Origin: Azolla caroliniana
Taxonomy: Eukaryota; Plantae; Polypodiophyta
Direction: 5' to 3'
DNA: 64,000 bases
Assembly (NCBI GenBank): GCA_043228905.1
Contig: JBHGNT010000012.1
Location: 15,624,001 to 15,688,000, forward strand
Of this stretch, positions 48,677 to 60,565 are shown one piece after another. The position numbers and the translations under genes were made by a program. The notes under the pieces were generated by a model, which did no database searches, was not told where the DNA came from, and worked only from the letters and a program-made list of their open reading frames with translations. The first letter of the stretch is position 1; every line of letters starts with the position of its first letter.

Positions 48677-49714
48677 ATGATGGAAGATTCCAACCAAGAC
48701 CAGAAGCAGCAGAAGAAGAAAGGCATATTTCAAGAGAAAGTCCACGATCTTTACTTCAAGGTATTTCCTGGTTCAGATTGCCCGGTTACAGGATCGGCGA
48801 GGGAAAAGCTTATCGAAGCATCGACTCGATCTCAACAAAGGAAAGAAGAAGAAAAGGCAAAGAAAGAAGAAGAAGAAGAGAAGAAACGGTACAAACATCC
48901 TCATGTTTACGATGTATATGGCCGACGAATCGACAATCAAAATTCAGAAAGAAATGAGGTATGGAGAATGCCCTCGTTTTTGTATAAACCATCTTTAATT
49001 CCTAATGTATCGGATCCTGACTTAAGAAGAAGCAATAAGCTCGATCCAACCAGCCGGTCACGAGCTCTTGATGATCCTGAACCCATCAATCCTGCCAATA
49101 GGATGCCGCTACACCCTAATCAAGACCCATCCCCAGGTCAAAAAGAGAATCTTTCTACTTTTAGGCAAAAGTCGACGATCCCCAAAGCGGGCACCGACGA
49201 GACATGGTTATATCCGTCGCCTCAAATGTTCTATAACAGTCTTGTGAGGAAGAAGAAAGCCGACGATGTTACGGAGAAGGATATGGATGCAGTGGTGGCC
49301 ACTCATAACACTGTTAATGAGGCCACATGGTCGCGCCTCCTCCAATGGGAGCGTTTGTATGGTGAGATGTATCCCGATAAGGCAGAGGAAGATCCAAGGT
49401 TGTTATATTTCCGAGGGCGGCCTCATGACCTCACCCCGAAGGCAGTTTTTAAGAAATTTCTGGGCTATGGTGTGCCATTCGATAGGCATGATTGGACTGT
49501 GGATCGAGGGGGCAGGGAGATGAGGTATGTGATTGATTTCTATTATGATGAGAGTAAGGAATGGCCTTTCTTTGTTGATGTCCGCCCGGCTTTGGATTCC
49601 CCCATGGCTGCACTCTTACGTGCTCGGATGATGATGCGAGAATTCGTTCACTCTCCGGCTTCTCATGTAGAAGAGTCATCGACGAATGTGGATTCTCATA
49701 CTAGTCCAACCTAA
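48677..49714 (+). CDS. HCCS: Holocytochrome c synthase / cytochrome c heme lyase (System III), intronless, 345 aa
   Basis: CPV heme-regulatory motif; INPANRMP; QDPSPGQKENLSTFRQKSTIPK; WLYPSPQMFYNSLVRK; heme-ligand HNTVNEATW; FRGRPHDLTPKA; PFDRHDWTVDRGG..RYVIDFY; DVRPALDS. First ATG at 48677. Confidence 0.93.
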   Translation: MMEDSNQDQKQQKKKGIFQEKVHDLYFKVFPGSDCPVTGSAREKLIEASTRSQQRKEEEKAKKEEEEEKKRYKHPHVYDVYGRRIDNQNSERNEVWRMPSFLYKPSLIPNVSDPDLRRSNKLDPTSRSRALDDPEPINPANRMPLHPNQDPSPGQKENLSTFRQKSTIPKAGTDETWLYPSPQMFYNSLVRKKKADDVTEKDMDAVVATHNTVNEATWSRLLQWERLYGEMYPDKAEEDPRLLYFRGRPHDLTPKAVFKKFLGYGVPFDRHDWTVDRGGREMRYVIDFYYDESKEWPFFVDVRPALDSPMAALLRARMMMREFVHSPASHVEESSTNVDSHTSPT

Positions 49715-49716
49715 AG

Positions 49717-49800
49717 AGAATTGATTCTATGAATCACGATGAAATAGAATTGAGTCTATGAATCATGATGAAATAGAATTGAGTCTACGAATCATGATGA
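49717..49800. repeat. 29-bp tandem repeat x3 just after the HCCS stop
   Basis: GAATTGA(T/G)TCTA(T/C)GAATCA(C/T)GATGAAATA repeated. Confidence 0.8.
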
Positions 49801-50054
49801 TCGAGTGAACACACTTTTTTCATGGGGTTCCTTTGTTTTTTCTTTTGCCACATCAAGAAAATTTGCATTCATACTCTTGTTTTGTTTTGTTCATATGAGC
49901 AACTTACCTTGATATAACGGCAAGGAGCAGGGGGGGGGGGGCTAATGAGTTCTTGTTTAAAATAATTGGGATTTAATTTTTTCTCATTGATGTAATGTGT
50001 TTCCCCGTTGTTTCTGAGTTTGTGGTTAAATGACACCACAGTGAGAACATATGT

Positions 50055-50303
50055 TGGCAAATAAAGTGATAATCTTTATAGATATTGTTGTCCAGCTGCG
50101 GATGTGTTCCTTGATGGTGTAATTATATTGACAATCAAAGATTTTGTAGAGTGGTTTTCTCTCCCCCTCCATTTTTCTTGGCAAATAAAGTGATAATCTT
50201 TATAGATATCGTTGTCCATCTGCGGATATGTTCCTTGATGGTGTAATTATATTGACAATCAAAGATTTTGTAGAGTCTTTTCCTCTCCCTCTCCATTTTT
50301 CTT
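50055..50303. repeat. ~123-bp tandem duplication
   Basis: TTGGCAAATAAAGTGATAATCTTTATAGATA... at ~50055 and ~50178. Confidence 0.85.
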
Positions 50304-52455
50304 CATCGGTAAGATCAATCTATAGTTCACATTTAGTCCTGGAAGTTCTTGCATGTAGTACCTAGTTTCATTTGTGGTGTTTAACATATATGGCATTATA
50401 AACATATCAAACATCTATGGTCTTGCATCTTATATTTGATCATGTTTTGGAAACACATCCTCATTCACTGAAAAGACTACTTGAGATATGCACTCTAGAC
50501 GTGCACTATTGATGGAAACACATCGTCATTCACTGAAAACTTGTTGAGATATGCACTCTAGATTTGCACTATTGATCGATATTGTGTATGTGATTTATTT
50601 TGCAAGGCTCTCGTGTATATTTGATTGCAACTAGTAAATCTTCTATTATAGTTCGCCATTGTATGACATACTAATGTGCGTCGGAACACAAAATGTATTG
50701 TGGTATACTTTATGAGAGCTACATGTGCAAAGCTACTTCCTTATATGTTAATATACCCCTTCATTTCATCTAGTGGATCTCCTTGTTTCGTCTTGCAAGA
50801 CTACACTGAAAACTGTTGGTTTTTTATTCTTTTAATAATTTGTCGCTAACACTTGGAGATCTTTCTTTGTCAAAAGTATTCAATGGATAATGATTGAGCT
50901 AATCTGTTCTTGCATTGGGGAGGTTGGGCTTAATGATAGCAATGAAAGATTCAATCTAGGTTTTTCAGTCTCCACCACTGGCAAGGTTTTGTTAGCAGTG
51001 TTGTATACTGTAAGAACAAATGTTTCTTTCTATTGTTCTGATATTCTGGCTAGAAGTTTGCCAGATCTCAGTTACTAAATTGCCTGGCATAGACTCAACG
51101 ATGCATCTTCTATATGAGGATCAGCATTGGCTCGCCAATATAACAGGTTTAACAACACATACCAAAGGACCGATTTCTCTATTACAATGAACTCATTCGT
51201 GATTCTGCATTTGTGCACCCTTTCATATTTTCATGGTGTTAGAAAACCTTACTAAAAATTCTGTATACCTTCTCAAAATGCTGTATGTGTTAATGCCATT
51301 TACAAGAACCTTTGTAGAAACGATGCTTGCATCAAAGTTTCATTGAGTAATTCCTTCTTTTGATTGATTATAGTACGATAAAGCCTCCTGGATTCATTTT
51401 TGCAAGGGATCTCTACCGATTGACATGTATACCAATTGTAAGCTTCTTGTGAGTTTGGACAGGTTTGAATGTAAATGTATTTGCATGGCTTGTAACATAA
51501 AAATCTCATGCAACCTAAAAATCTTGATCATATTGGCTTTTAGTGTAGATTCAAAAAGCATATTTATGTGTAACAATCGGCAACGGTTTGGTTTGGTTCA
51601 GTTTGAGAGTGTCCAAACCAAATCGGTTTGAAACCAAATTGTTGGCATAATATGACCTTGTCCGGTGACATTCCTATGATATCAGTGGTTGTGAATGAAT
51701 ATGTCTTGAGAGGTATACTTTTTTATTGCATTATTGTTTCATATGGCAATGTGTTGAACCATCCATTAGCATATCCTAATCGAACTTGGATGGGGCAAAT
51801 TATGTGCCTTCTAAGAGAACATCCAAGAAAAAGAAGGAAAGCTTTTAAAATTCTTGGATTTTTCTTCTATAACATTGTTAGAGCGAACACATTAAATTTT
51901 TTTGGCCGATTGTTGTCTCAAAAAGACTCTTGAATTTCTTATGAAGGGTGAGAATATTGCCCTCTTTTCATGATCATTAGGTACACTCATGTGTGATGGG
52001 AGTGATAACATAACACTAAGATTTGTTCGAGTGTCATAGTCTTCATGGGTTCCCATATATTCGAATGGATTATGTCAGAGACTCAATTACTCACATTTGT
52101 CTCTTGTGGGAATGGATGTCGGTGTTGCTTCTTGAGTTGGCACACTTGAAAGGCACACATCATTCATTTGATTATTGTTGAAATTTGGAATCGACCGACT
52201 TCAATGACGTCATTCACGGTTTCTAGAGGTTAATGCATCATCTCACACATATAATATCCCATAATGAAATGGATGACAATTTCTTCTAAAAGATGAAGTT
52301 AAGTCACAATAAATAAAAAATACATCTTAGAGTAATATATCTAATTGGAGAACTGCTCGAACATCCTCCCCCATAGAAGCATCATGTCAAGTTAATTAGA
52401 AATTTGAACTAATTTGGGCTTAGAACCGCATGTGGTTAGTACAAACATACTTTTA

Positions 52456-52507
<52 letters not shown>

Positions 52508-52509
<2 letters not shown>

Positions 52510-55345
52510 TTTATTATCGTCTTCAGAGGTCAAATATGACCTATGAGACCAAAAATATTACATTTCACGTGATACATGTGAAAGTGAGCAACGATTCTCG
52601 ATGTTGAAGAACATTACCAATGAATGTTACAATTGAGAGTGCACATTGTGGTTGTGAGAGAAGTTCGTGCAAGGATTGCGCTTTGTTGAAGATGTGTGGA
52701 AAAGTATGGTCGAATATGATCAAAGGCAGAGCATTGTCTCAAAGTGTGATACTTAAAACTCTCGAACTTGTTTAGGGCAAAGGGTGCATAGTTGACCACT
52801 CTTATCATTTGTGCTCCAATGCCCCGTCTCATATTACAATGCATGTGAGCAAAGTCACATGGAAGCAATGGTTTAAATGACAGATAATGGGATGGGCTCT
52901 AACATGTATCGATGCAACACGTGTAGTATAATGTGTGAAACGTGAACCTCTACATTTATCCCATGTCATGATACATTGGCGTTGCAAAAATGCCTCATTT
53001 ACTAAGGAATCTAGTGATGCATCATGAAGCAAGTGTCTTGCATCCCATCTACCAAACCATTTTTCTATATCTTGCATCCAACCCGAACACAAAATTTTGT
53101 TTTTAAGCGTCTTTTGGATCTTTTTGCTTGCTTCTCATGCAATTTTAGGAAGTCGATGTGAGGGACTTTTTTGAACCTTAAGCATATATTCAAAAACCCT
53201 TTCCATGGCCATGATCTCAATGGGAAGCGATCCTGTCTCAAGGAGGAAGGTGTAGAGCGTCTATTTCTTAGCTTGTAGAAACTTTGTAAGAAAATGTTTT
53301 TGGACATTTTCAAACTCTTTTCATGTAGATTTATGCTACCGCCCCATACTTCCACCCCATAGAGAAGAACTGGTGTCACCAAAGTTTCGAAAAGATATTT
53401 CTTGAGGACCCAACACTTAATATCTCCAATATTGCATGTGTTCTCAAACACATAGTATGCTTGCTTACACGCCTCTAAGCGGCATGTAGCACATTTATTC
53501 CATCTATGATTTGAAGGAACTTCAAGGCCAAGATATTTGAAGCTTTCCACACATTCAAGTGGCTCATTGTTGTACATAATGCATGGTTTATCTCTTTTTT
53601 GGCTCTTCACAAGCATAATCTTTGTTTTAGAGCTATTGACACTCAATTTAGTATGTATGCAAAAAAAATCCAATGCTTTCATAAGCTTTTGTGCATCTCC
53701 TAAAGTATTTGCAAAAAGCACTACATCATCCGCATATAGCAAAAGCATAATCACAACATTACGAATGACAACTTCTTTAACACATTCTTCCTTTACAAAC
53801 TTGGTAACAATTTCTTCCAATTCATCAATGCATAGACCAAATAATGTTGGTGAGAGTGAGTATCCTTGCTTAACACCAATAGTGTTATTGAAAAAATCTG
53901 AAAGTCTATCTCTCATATGCACACAACATATAACCTTCTCATAGATTCGGGAAATTGCAAGCATATATTCACTTCGCACCTCAAGTTCTTCCATTCGCCT
54001 CCAAAGATGCTCACGAGGTACCATATCAAAAGCTTTCTTGAAGTCTACAAAGCAACAATATAAACCTTTACCTCTAAGGCGACTTTCCTCCATTAATATT
54101 CGAAGGGTGACAAGGTGATCAATGGTGCTATGGTGTTTTCGAAAGTCAGCTTCTCCATAAGCTCTCTTACCATTTTTTTCAACCCATACACTTACCTTTG
54201 ATTCCAATATACATCCAAATAGTTTTGCCATTAATGAGCCAACCATGATGGTTCGATAGTTGTTTACATTATTTACATCTCCACCTTTATGTAAAGGTTT
54301 GATCCAATTTGTAGTCCAATCATACGGCATACCATGTTGCAATGCATCATTAAACATATCGATTATCCATACACGTGCTTCCTTTCCCGTCCATTTGAGC
54401 ATTTAAGCCTTTATACATTGAAGATTTGCTTGCCATTTGAGAGGCCAATTTCTTAAGTCCTATGCATATATCTTCAATTGTAAAGAAGGGAGACATATAT
54501 GAAAAAGAACCATAATACATCATCTTTCCGGCAAGAGATAACTCATATAAATCTTTACAATGCATAGACAAGCCATGAAGAGTTAAGTCACCATAACTCT
54601 CAACATGTGTCCCCTTTAGATTTCCCCAAAATATAGCACATGCATGTGCTTTCTCTTGCGTTTGGAGAAATTGTTGAGTAACTTCCCATATTCTTCTCTT
54701 TCTTTGAATAAGCTTTTTATACTCATGCAAATGCTTTTGGTCATTTTCTTTATCCTTAACTACATCCAAAACCCTAAGGCACTTTCGAGCTTCACGACAT
54801 TCTTTATCAAACCATTTTTTCAATGGCCTTCTCACAATGTATTCTCACAATCAAACCTATGCATACATTTGAGATCAATACATAAAGCCCTATGATCGAA
54901 TTCCAATGTCTATTCACCAAATGAGAATTTATGTATACAATCGAAAATATCTTAGGAAAGTAGCACATAGTCCATCACACTATTTCCGTTGTGTTTTTCT
55001 ACATGTAAAACCATTAGTGTTGGGCCATAGGAAAAACCATTTGCAAATCTTGTACTATTGCACATTTGTAGGAGTAACTTCCCAAATTGGTCTGAATATT
55101 TTTCATCGCTAGAAGAGCGGCTATACATTTGCATATCCTCTTGCATCCTTGAGATATGTGGCATGAAAGATTCTTGTGAATCAAGTTGGAAACTTCTTGT
55201 ACGAGCATTCATATCACCAAAGAAAATAACTTCCCCATTGGATTTGAAATTAGCAATATCACCTTCTAGATTAGCAACAAGTTTATCTTTATCCAAGCAA
55301 GCATAAAAGTTAGAATCTTGATGAGGAATGTAACATCCATAAGAG
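52508..55345 (-). mobile_element. Non-LTR retrotransposon (LINE, RTE/L2-like), 5'-truncated and frameshifted
   Basis: APE endonuclease GDMNART (55296-54952); RT 54402-53065 (NYRTIMV, FVDFKKAFD, GVKQG..LSPTLF, LLYADD, FKYLG). The 3' end abuts (TA)n(GA)n. Confidence 0.9.
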
Positions 55346-55680
55346 ATAGATAGATAGATAGATTCTATTATCGACTTCGGAGGTCAAATATGACCTATGA
55401 GACCAAAAATATTACATTTCACGTGATACGTGTGAAAGTGAGTAGTGACTCTCGATGTTCAAGAACTTTACCAATGAATGTTGCAATTGAGAGTGCACAT
55501 TGTGGTTGTGAGAGGAATTCATGCAAGGATTGGGCTCTTTCGAAGAGATGTGGAAAGCATGGTCGAATTTGATCATAGGTAGAGCATTGTATCAAAGTGT
55601 GATACTCAAACTCGCGAACTTGTTTAGGGCCAAGTGTGCATTGCCGACCACTCTCATCACTTGTTCCCCAACGCCATGTC

Positions 55681-56139
55681 TGTCACGGACGTAGACGAGG
55701 GGAAGGACAAGTAGGTGAGCTCACTATTAACAAAGAGAGAAAGATAGATATATAGATAGAGAGGAGCATAGACAAGAGAACAAGAGAGAGAGAGAGAGAG
55801 GGTAGACAAAAGAGCGAGAACTAAATTATGCTTCCGTAACTGGTGTTGTTCACCTTGATTGTAATCAAGGTGCACTGAAGTATTTATACAAGAATGTGGT
55901 GGTATGCATGTAAGCTAGGAAACATCTAGAGAATGCATGGAAACTTCTAAAGAGTGCATGTCTATGCATTCTCTAGAAGTTTCTTGAAAGTTCTAGTGAT
56001 TAACTTACAATGTAATAAGTTGAAACTTATATAATATAATAATGCATTGATGGAAATTATGTAGCACAATTGGTAAGGTTGCTCAATAAGACCAAGAGGT
56101 CATGGGTTCAACCCCCTACATTCCATCGTGTCTATGACA
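55681..56139 (-). mobile_element. Solo LTR inside LINE copy, carrying a tRNA-like cassette
   Basis: TIR TGTCACGGAC/GTCTATGACA; TSD ATGTC/CTGTC; GTAGCACAATTGGTAAG...GGTTCAACCCC at 56060-56120. Confidence 0.75.
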
Positions 56140-57532
56140 CTGTCTCATATTGCAATGCATGTGAGCTAAGTCGCATGGAAGAAATGGTTCAAATGGCAAA
56201 TAACGGTATAGGCTCTAACATGTATCGATGTGTACGATTTCCCCGTTCCGCAAAGAATATGGTTTTATAGTTAGGTACAACATGTGTAGTATAATGTGTG
56301 AAGTGCGAGCCTCCACATTTGTCCCATGTCATGATACATTGGCATTGCAAAAAGGCCTCATTTACAAAGGAATCTAATGATGCATCATGAAGCAAGTGGC
56401 TCGCATCCCATCTACCAAAGAGAGAGAGAGAGAGAGAGAGTGTCTTCATAGGTCAAATATGACCTATGAGACCAGAAATATAACATTTTCATATAATACG
56501 TGAAAGTAGTGATTGTCGATTTTCAAGAACTTTACTAATGAGTGTTGCAATCGAGAGTGCCTACTATGATTGTGAGAGAAATTAGTGCAAGGATTGGATT
56601 TGGTTTAAGATGTGTGGAAAGCATCGCCAGATGTTATGAAAGGTAGAGCATTGTATAAAAGTGTGAACTTGTTTAGGGCAAAGTGTGCATAATTGATACT
56701 ATCATCACTTATGCCTTGTCGCCCTAACTCACATTGTAGTGAGTATTATCTAAATTGCATGGAAGCAAAGGTTTAGATTACAGACAATGGGATGGGCTCT
56801 AACATGTACTAATATGTGTGGTTTCCCCATTTGGCGAAGAACATGGTTTTGTAGTTAGGTGAAACATATCTAGTATAATATGTGAAGCATTTTGTGCATA
56901 ATGCATGGTTTATCCTTATTTTGGCTCTTCACAAGCATAATCTTTGTTTTAGAGCTATTGACACTCAACTTAGTATGGATGCAAAACTCTTCCAATACTC
57001 TCATGAGCTTTTGTGCACATCCTAAAGTATTTACATAAAACATTGCATCATTCATATACAATAAAAGTTTATGACTATATTTCCAATGACAACTTCTTCA
57101 AAGTTTTTTTCCTTTATGAATTTGACAACTATTTGTTCTAATTCATCTATGCATAGACCAAAAGGAGTTGGTGAGAGCAGACATCCTTACTTAACGCCAA
57201 AAGTGCTATTGAAAACAATTTAACATTTCATCGCCCATACACAGACAACAATATATAACCTTCTCATATATTCAGGAATCCATGTGCCTCTAAAGATGCT
57301 CACAAGGTAACATATCAAAAGCTTTCTTGAAGTCTACAAAGCAACAATATAAACCATTACCTCTCTCTAGCGACTTGTTTCCAACAATAATCAAGGTGAC
57401 AAGGTGATCAATGGTGCCATAATGTTTTCAAAAGCCAACTGGTCCATATGCTCTCGTACCATTTTTTTTCAACCCATCCATTATACATCTAAAGAGTTTT
57501 CTTTATCAGAGAGAGAGAGAGAGAGGCCCAGA

Positions 57533-57610
57533 TGGATGTAGCTCAATTGGTAAGGTTGCCCAATGGAGACTAGGAGGTCATAGGTTCAACCCCTACATTC
57601 TATAGTGGCA
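57533..57610 (+). mobile_element. tRNA(Ala-like)-derived SINE-type head
   Basis: GGATGTAGCTCAATTGGTAAG...GGTTCAACCCCTACATTC. Decayed copies at ~59193-59262 and ~59505-59570. Confidence 0.6.
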
Positions 57611-59662
57611 TCTAGTAAATTAAGAGATATCTATGAAGTAATAGATAGGTGAGAAAGTTGGGTTTCGAACCCTAGACATAGTGTTAGTACTAGGGTTAGT
57701 ACTAGGGTAAGTTAAATACAATGAGAGGGAGAGAGATTTTATTACCATCTTTAGAGGTCAAATGTGACCTATAAGACCAAAAATATATCATTTGACATAG
57801 TACATATGAGCCTCATTCACAAAGGATCTATTAATATATCATGAAACAAGTGTGTTGCATCCCATCTTCCAAAATGATTGTAGGATAGTTATTACATTAT
57901 TTATAACTTCACATTTATGTGAAGGTTCGCACTAATTTGTAGTTCAATCATAAGGGGTGTCATTTTGCAATGCATGGTTAAACATCAATTATCCATGCAT
58001 GAGCTTCAATTCCCATCCATTTCAACATTTTGGTCTTTAAACCTTGAAGATCTCCTACATTTCGAGGCCAAATTCTTAAGCCCTGTGCATATGCCCACGG
58101 TCATAAAGGAGGATTTCAACTCATGATCAAACATATCATTTATCCACGCATGTGCTTTTTTTCCCATCCATTTGAACATTTCAGCCTTTTTACCTTGAAG
58201 ATCTCCTATATTTTTGAGAGGCCAAATTCTTAGCCCATGTGCATACATCCTCCATCGCAAGGAAGGCATGTGTGAAAGAAAATCGTAACAAATCATCTTT
58301 CAAGCATTCGATTGCTCATGTAAGTTCTTACAAATGCATAAACAAGTTCATAAGATAGATAGATATCATTTTAACTTTCAAGAGAGACCAGTTGAGATCA
58401 TTGAGAGGAGGCCAAGCTGATGGTGAGGATCAAACTATGATTATCTCAAATTTATGACTTTGATGCTATTGTGTAAATCACTTAGCCAATAGCTAGAGAA
58501 AGAGAGATCAATTTGAGTTTGAAAAATGAGGAATCTTGTCATAAAGGTTACCTTTGGATGAATGTTTAGGATAGGATTCAAACAAAAGCTAGATTTAACA
58601 ACTAAATAAATTATTGCTTGCATCAATCCTCCTTTGTATGAAAATTCCAATCATCATTTGCAACAAGCATAATGCATGGGTATTTGTAAGATTAAAAGAA
58701 TTGTTTTTACATAAGTTCTAAGTCATCTTGGAGAACAACGTTTAAAGTTATTTATTGGTGTTTGACCCCAAGCCCAAGGTATTACTTTATGATAGTGTAA
58801 GATTGACGAGATAATTTTATATTGAGGCAAGCCCCCATTTTTTGTCATGCCATAGATCCCTATTAAAAGATGTATAAGGACGAAGATGACAAGGTTCTCG
58901 ATGCATTTGTGGTCATAGTCACCATCATTTAAACATTTGTAACTGTGACAATATTACTGAGTTCAAAGAGTTGCAATGTCATGATATATGTTGTTTACTA
59001 TTCAAAGGGTTTCAAGTAATTAAAAGATTGTTCATTAAAAGTCAAACTATTGATGTTCAAGATTTGCAAGTTCAATTATTACAATAGAAGATATGATCTA
59101 GCAAGATCTTGGTGGCTTAGAAGGACATAACACAAGATTTTAACCCATACCATTAACGTCCTAAAATTACCCTAAAAAAAGGAAGGGGGGGGGGGGATGT
59201 AGCTCAATTGACCAAAGTTATCTATGAATACTTGAAAGACATGCATTCAACCCTTACATTACATAGTAGTGTTTAGTAAAGTAGTGACGCTACCAAGAAT
59301 TCCACCTTGGTTACATGCATGTGTTAGTAAAACCATGGCTTAGAATAGATGGTGGGAAGGCATGGTTATGAACTTGTGTAAATGAATGTAGATCATGGTG
59401 GACCAAAATTTGTAAATAGTAAGAAATGGGCCTGTTTCGATACATAACTATGGTTGCCCACTACCAAGGGGGGGAGGGGAGCTATTTATGAGCTTTCCCA
59501 ATCATATGTAGGAGAATTAGTCAAGTTATTCTATGAAGTCAAGAAACTCATGTGTCAACGTCTATATTTTAGAGTGACATCTATCAAATGGGTATGGGTT
59601 ACTGGGATTCAAACCCAGTTGTGAATGGGTTAGGAAAGCATGGCTAATGTGAGCAAATAAAA

Positions 59663-59709
<47 letters not shown>

Positions 59710-59881
59710 ATATATATATTAATGTCTTCAAAAGCCAAAGTGAATAAAGTAAGGGAGGGGGTTGGGAGGTGGAGGTTGACTTTGTAAACAAAAAAGGTCT
59801 CAGATCTAGGGATCTAGATCAATGCATTTTCCTTTCATCTCATTTTTCTCTACATGACATTTCATGTAGATTCACATTTCC

Positions 59882-60565
59882 ATGTCTCATAGTGATGCTA
59901 GCGATGAAAGCTTTAGCACTATTAATTCATATAACCATCATACCACCTCACATGGATCTACAAGTACTAATTCACGAGAGGACAAGGAACAACCCCCAAC
60001 CAACAAGAATGTGCCACATCAACGCATCATTGCCCCAATTGATGCAAATGTACCACATCAACACATTGTTATGACACGGTTGAAACACCTAAAGGAGATT
60101 ATGGAAGGAATGATTAGCAACCATCACAACTCTGATACTTTCATCGAATACGAAGACCTACAAAAGATTCGGGATGAGATGAAACAAGCCATGGACGTCA
60201 TAGATTCCGTGATGGAAGAATCGAGAGAGCGAAAGATGGGAAAGCTTCGTGGAAAAGTACGACGATATAAGTTGGCCTCCCAAATGATGTCAGGTAAAAT
60301 ACAAGAAGGGAAAGAGAAGAGGAAGAAGAAGGTGAAGCAAGAGAGGGCTAAGCAAAAGGCTCTCCGTGAGGTTATTGAGGAAGAGAGAGAGAAAACTATA
60401 TGTATCATTTGTCGGGAGAATCCACGAGATACCCTCGTATTGCCATGTCTTCACTTGCATTTTTGTTCCTCTTGCTTGGCCGAGCATCGAAAAGCTAAAT
60501 CGAGTACATGCCCAACTTGTCGAGGACCGATCGGAGGAAATCTACATATTCTACTCTCAACCTAG
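59882..60565 (+). CDS. Coiled-coil plus C-terminal RING-HC protein, putative E3 ubiquitin ligase (intronless, 227 aa)
   Basis: CIICRENPRDTLVLPCLHLHFCSSCL...CPTCR is a C3HC4 RING of IAP/BOI type, preceded by a charged helical region. ORF is intact. Confidence 0.78.
   Translation: MSHSDASDESFSTINSYNHHTTSHGSTSTNSREDKEQPPTNKNVPHQRIIAPIDANVPHQHIVMTRLKHLKEIMEGMISNHHNSDTFIEYEDLQKIRDEMKQAMDVIDSVMEESRERKMGKLRGKVRRYKLASQMMSGKIQEGKEKRKKKVKQERAKQKALREVIEEEREKTICIICRENPRDTLVLPCLHLHFCSSCLAEHRKAKSSTCPTCRGPIGGNLHILLST

Larger units (their letters stand above)
55362..58370 (-). mobile_element. Three further truncated copies of the same LINE, head-to-tail
   Basis: The conserved 3' end AGGTCAAAT.TGACCTAT.AGACC recurs at ~55380, ~56450 and ~57755, each next to (GA)n or (GATA)n. 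RT-homologous remnants at 56900-57480 and 57950-58350. Confidence 0.82.
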
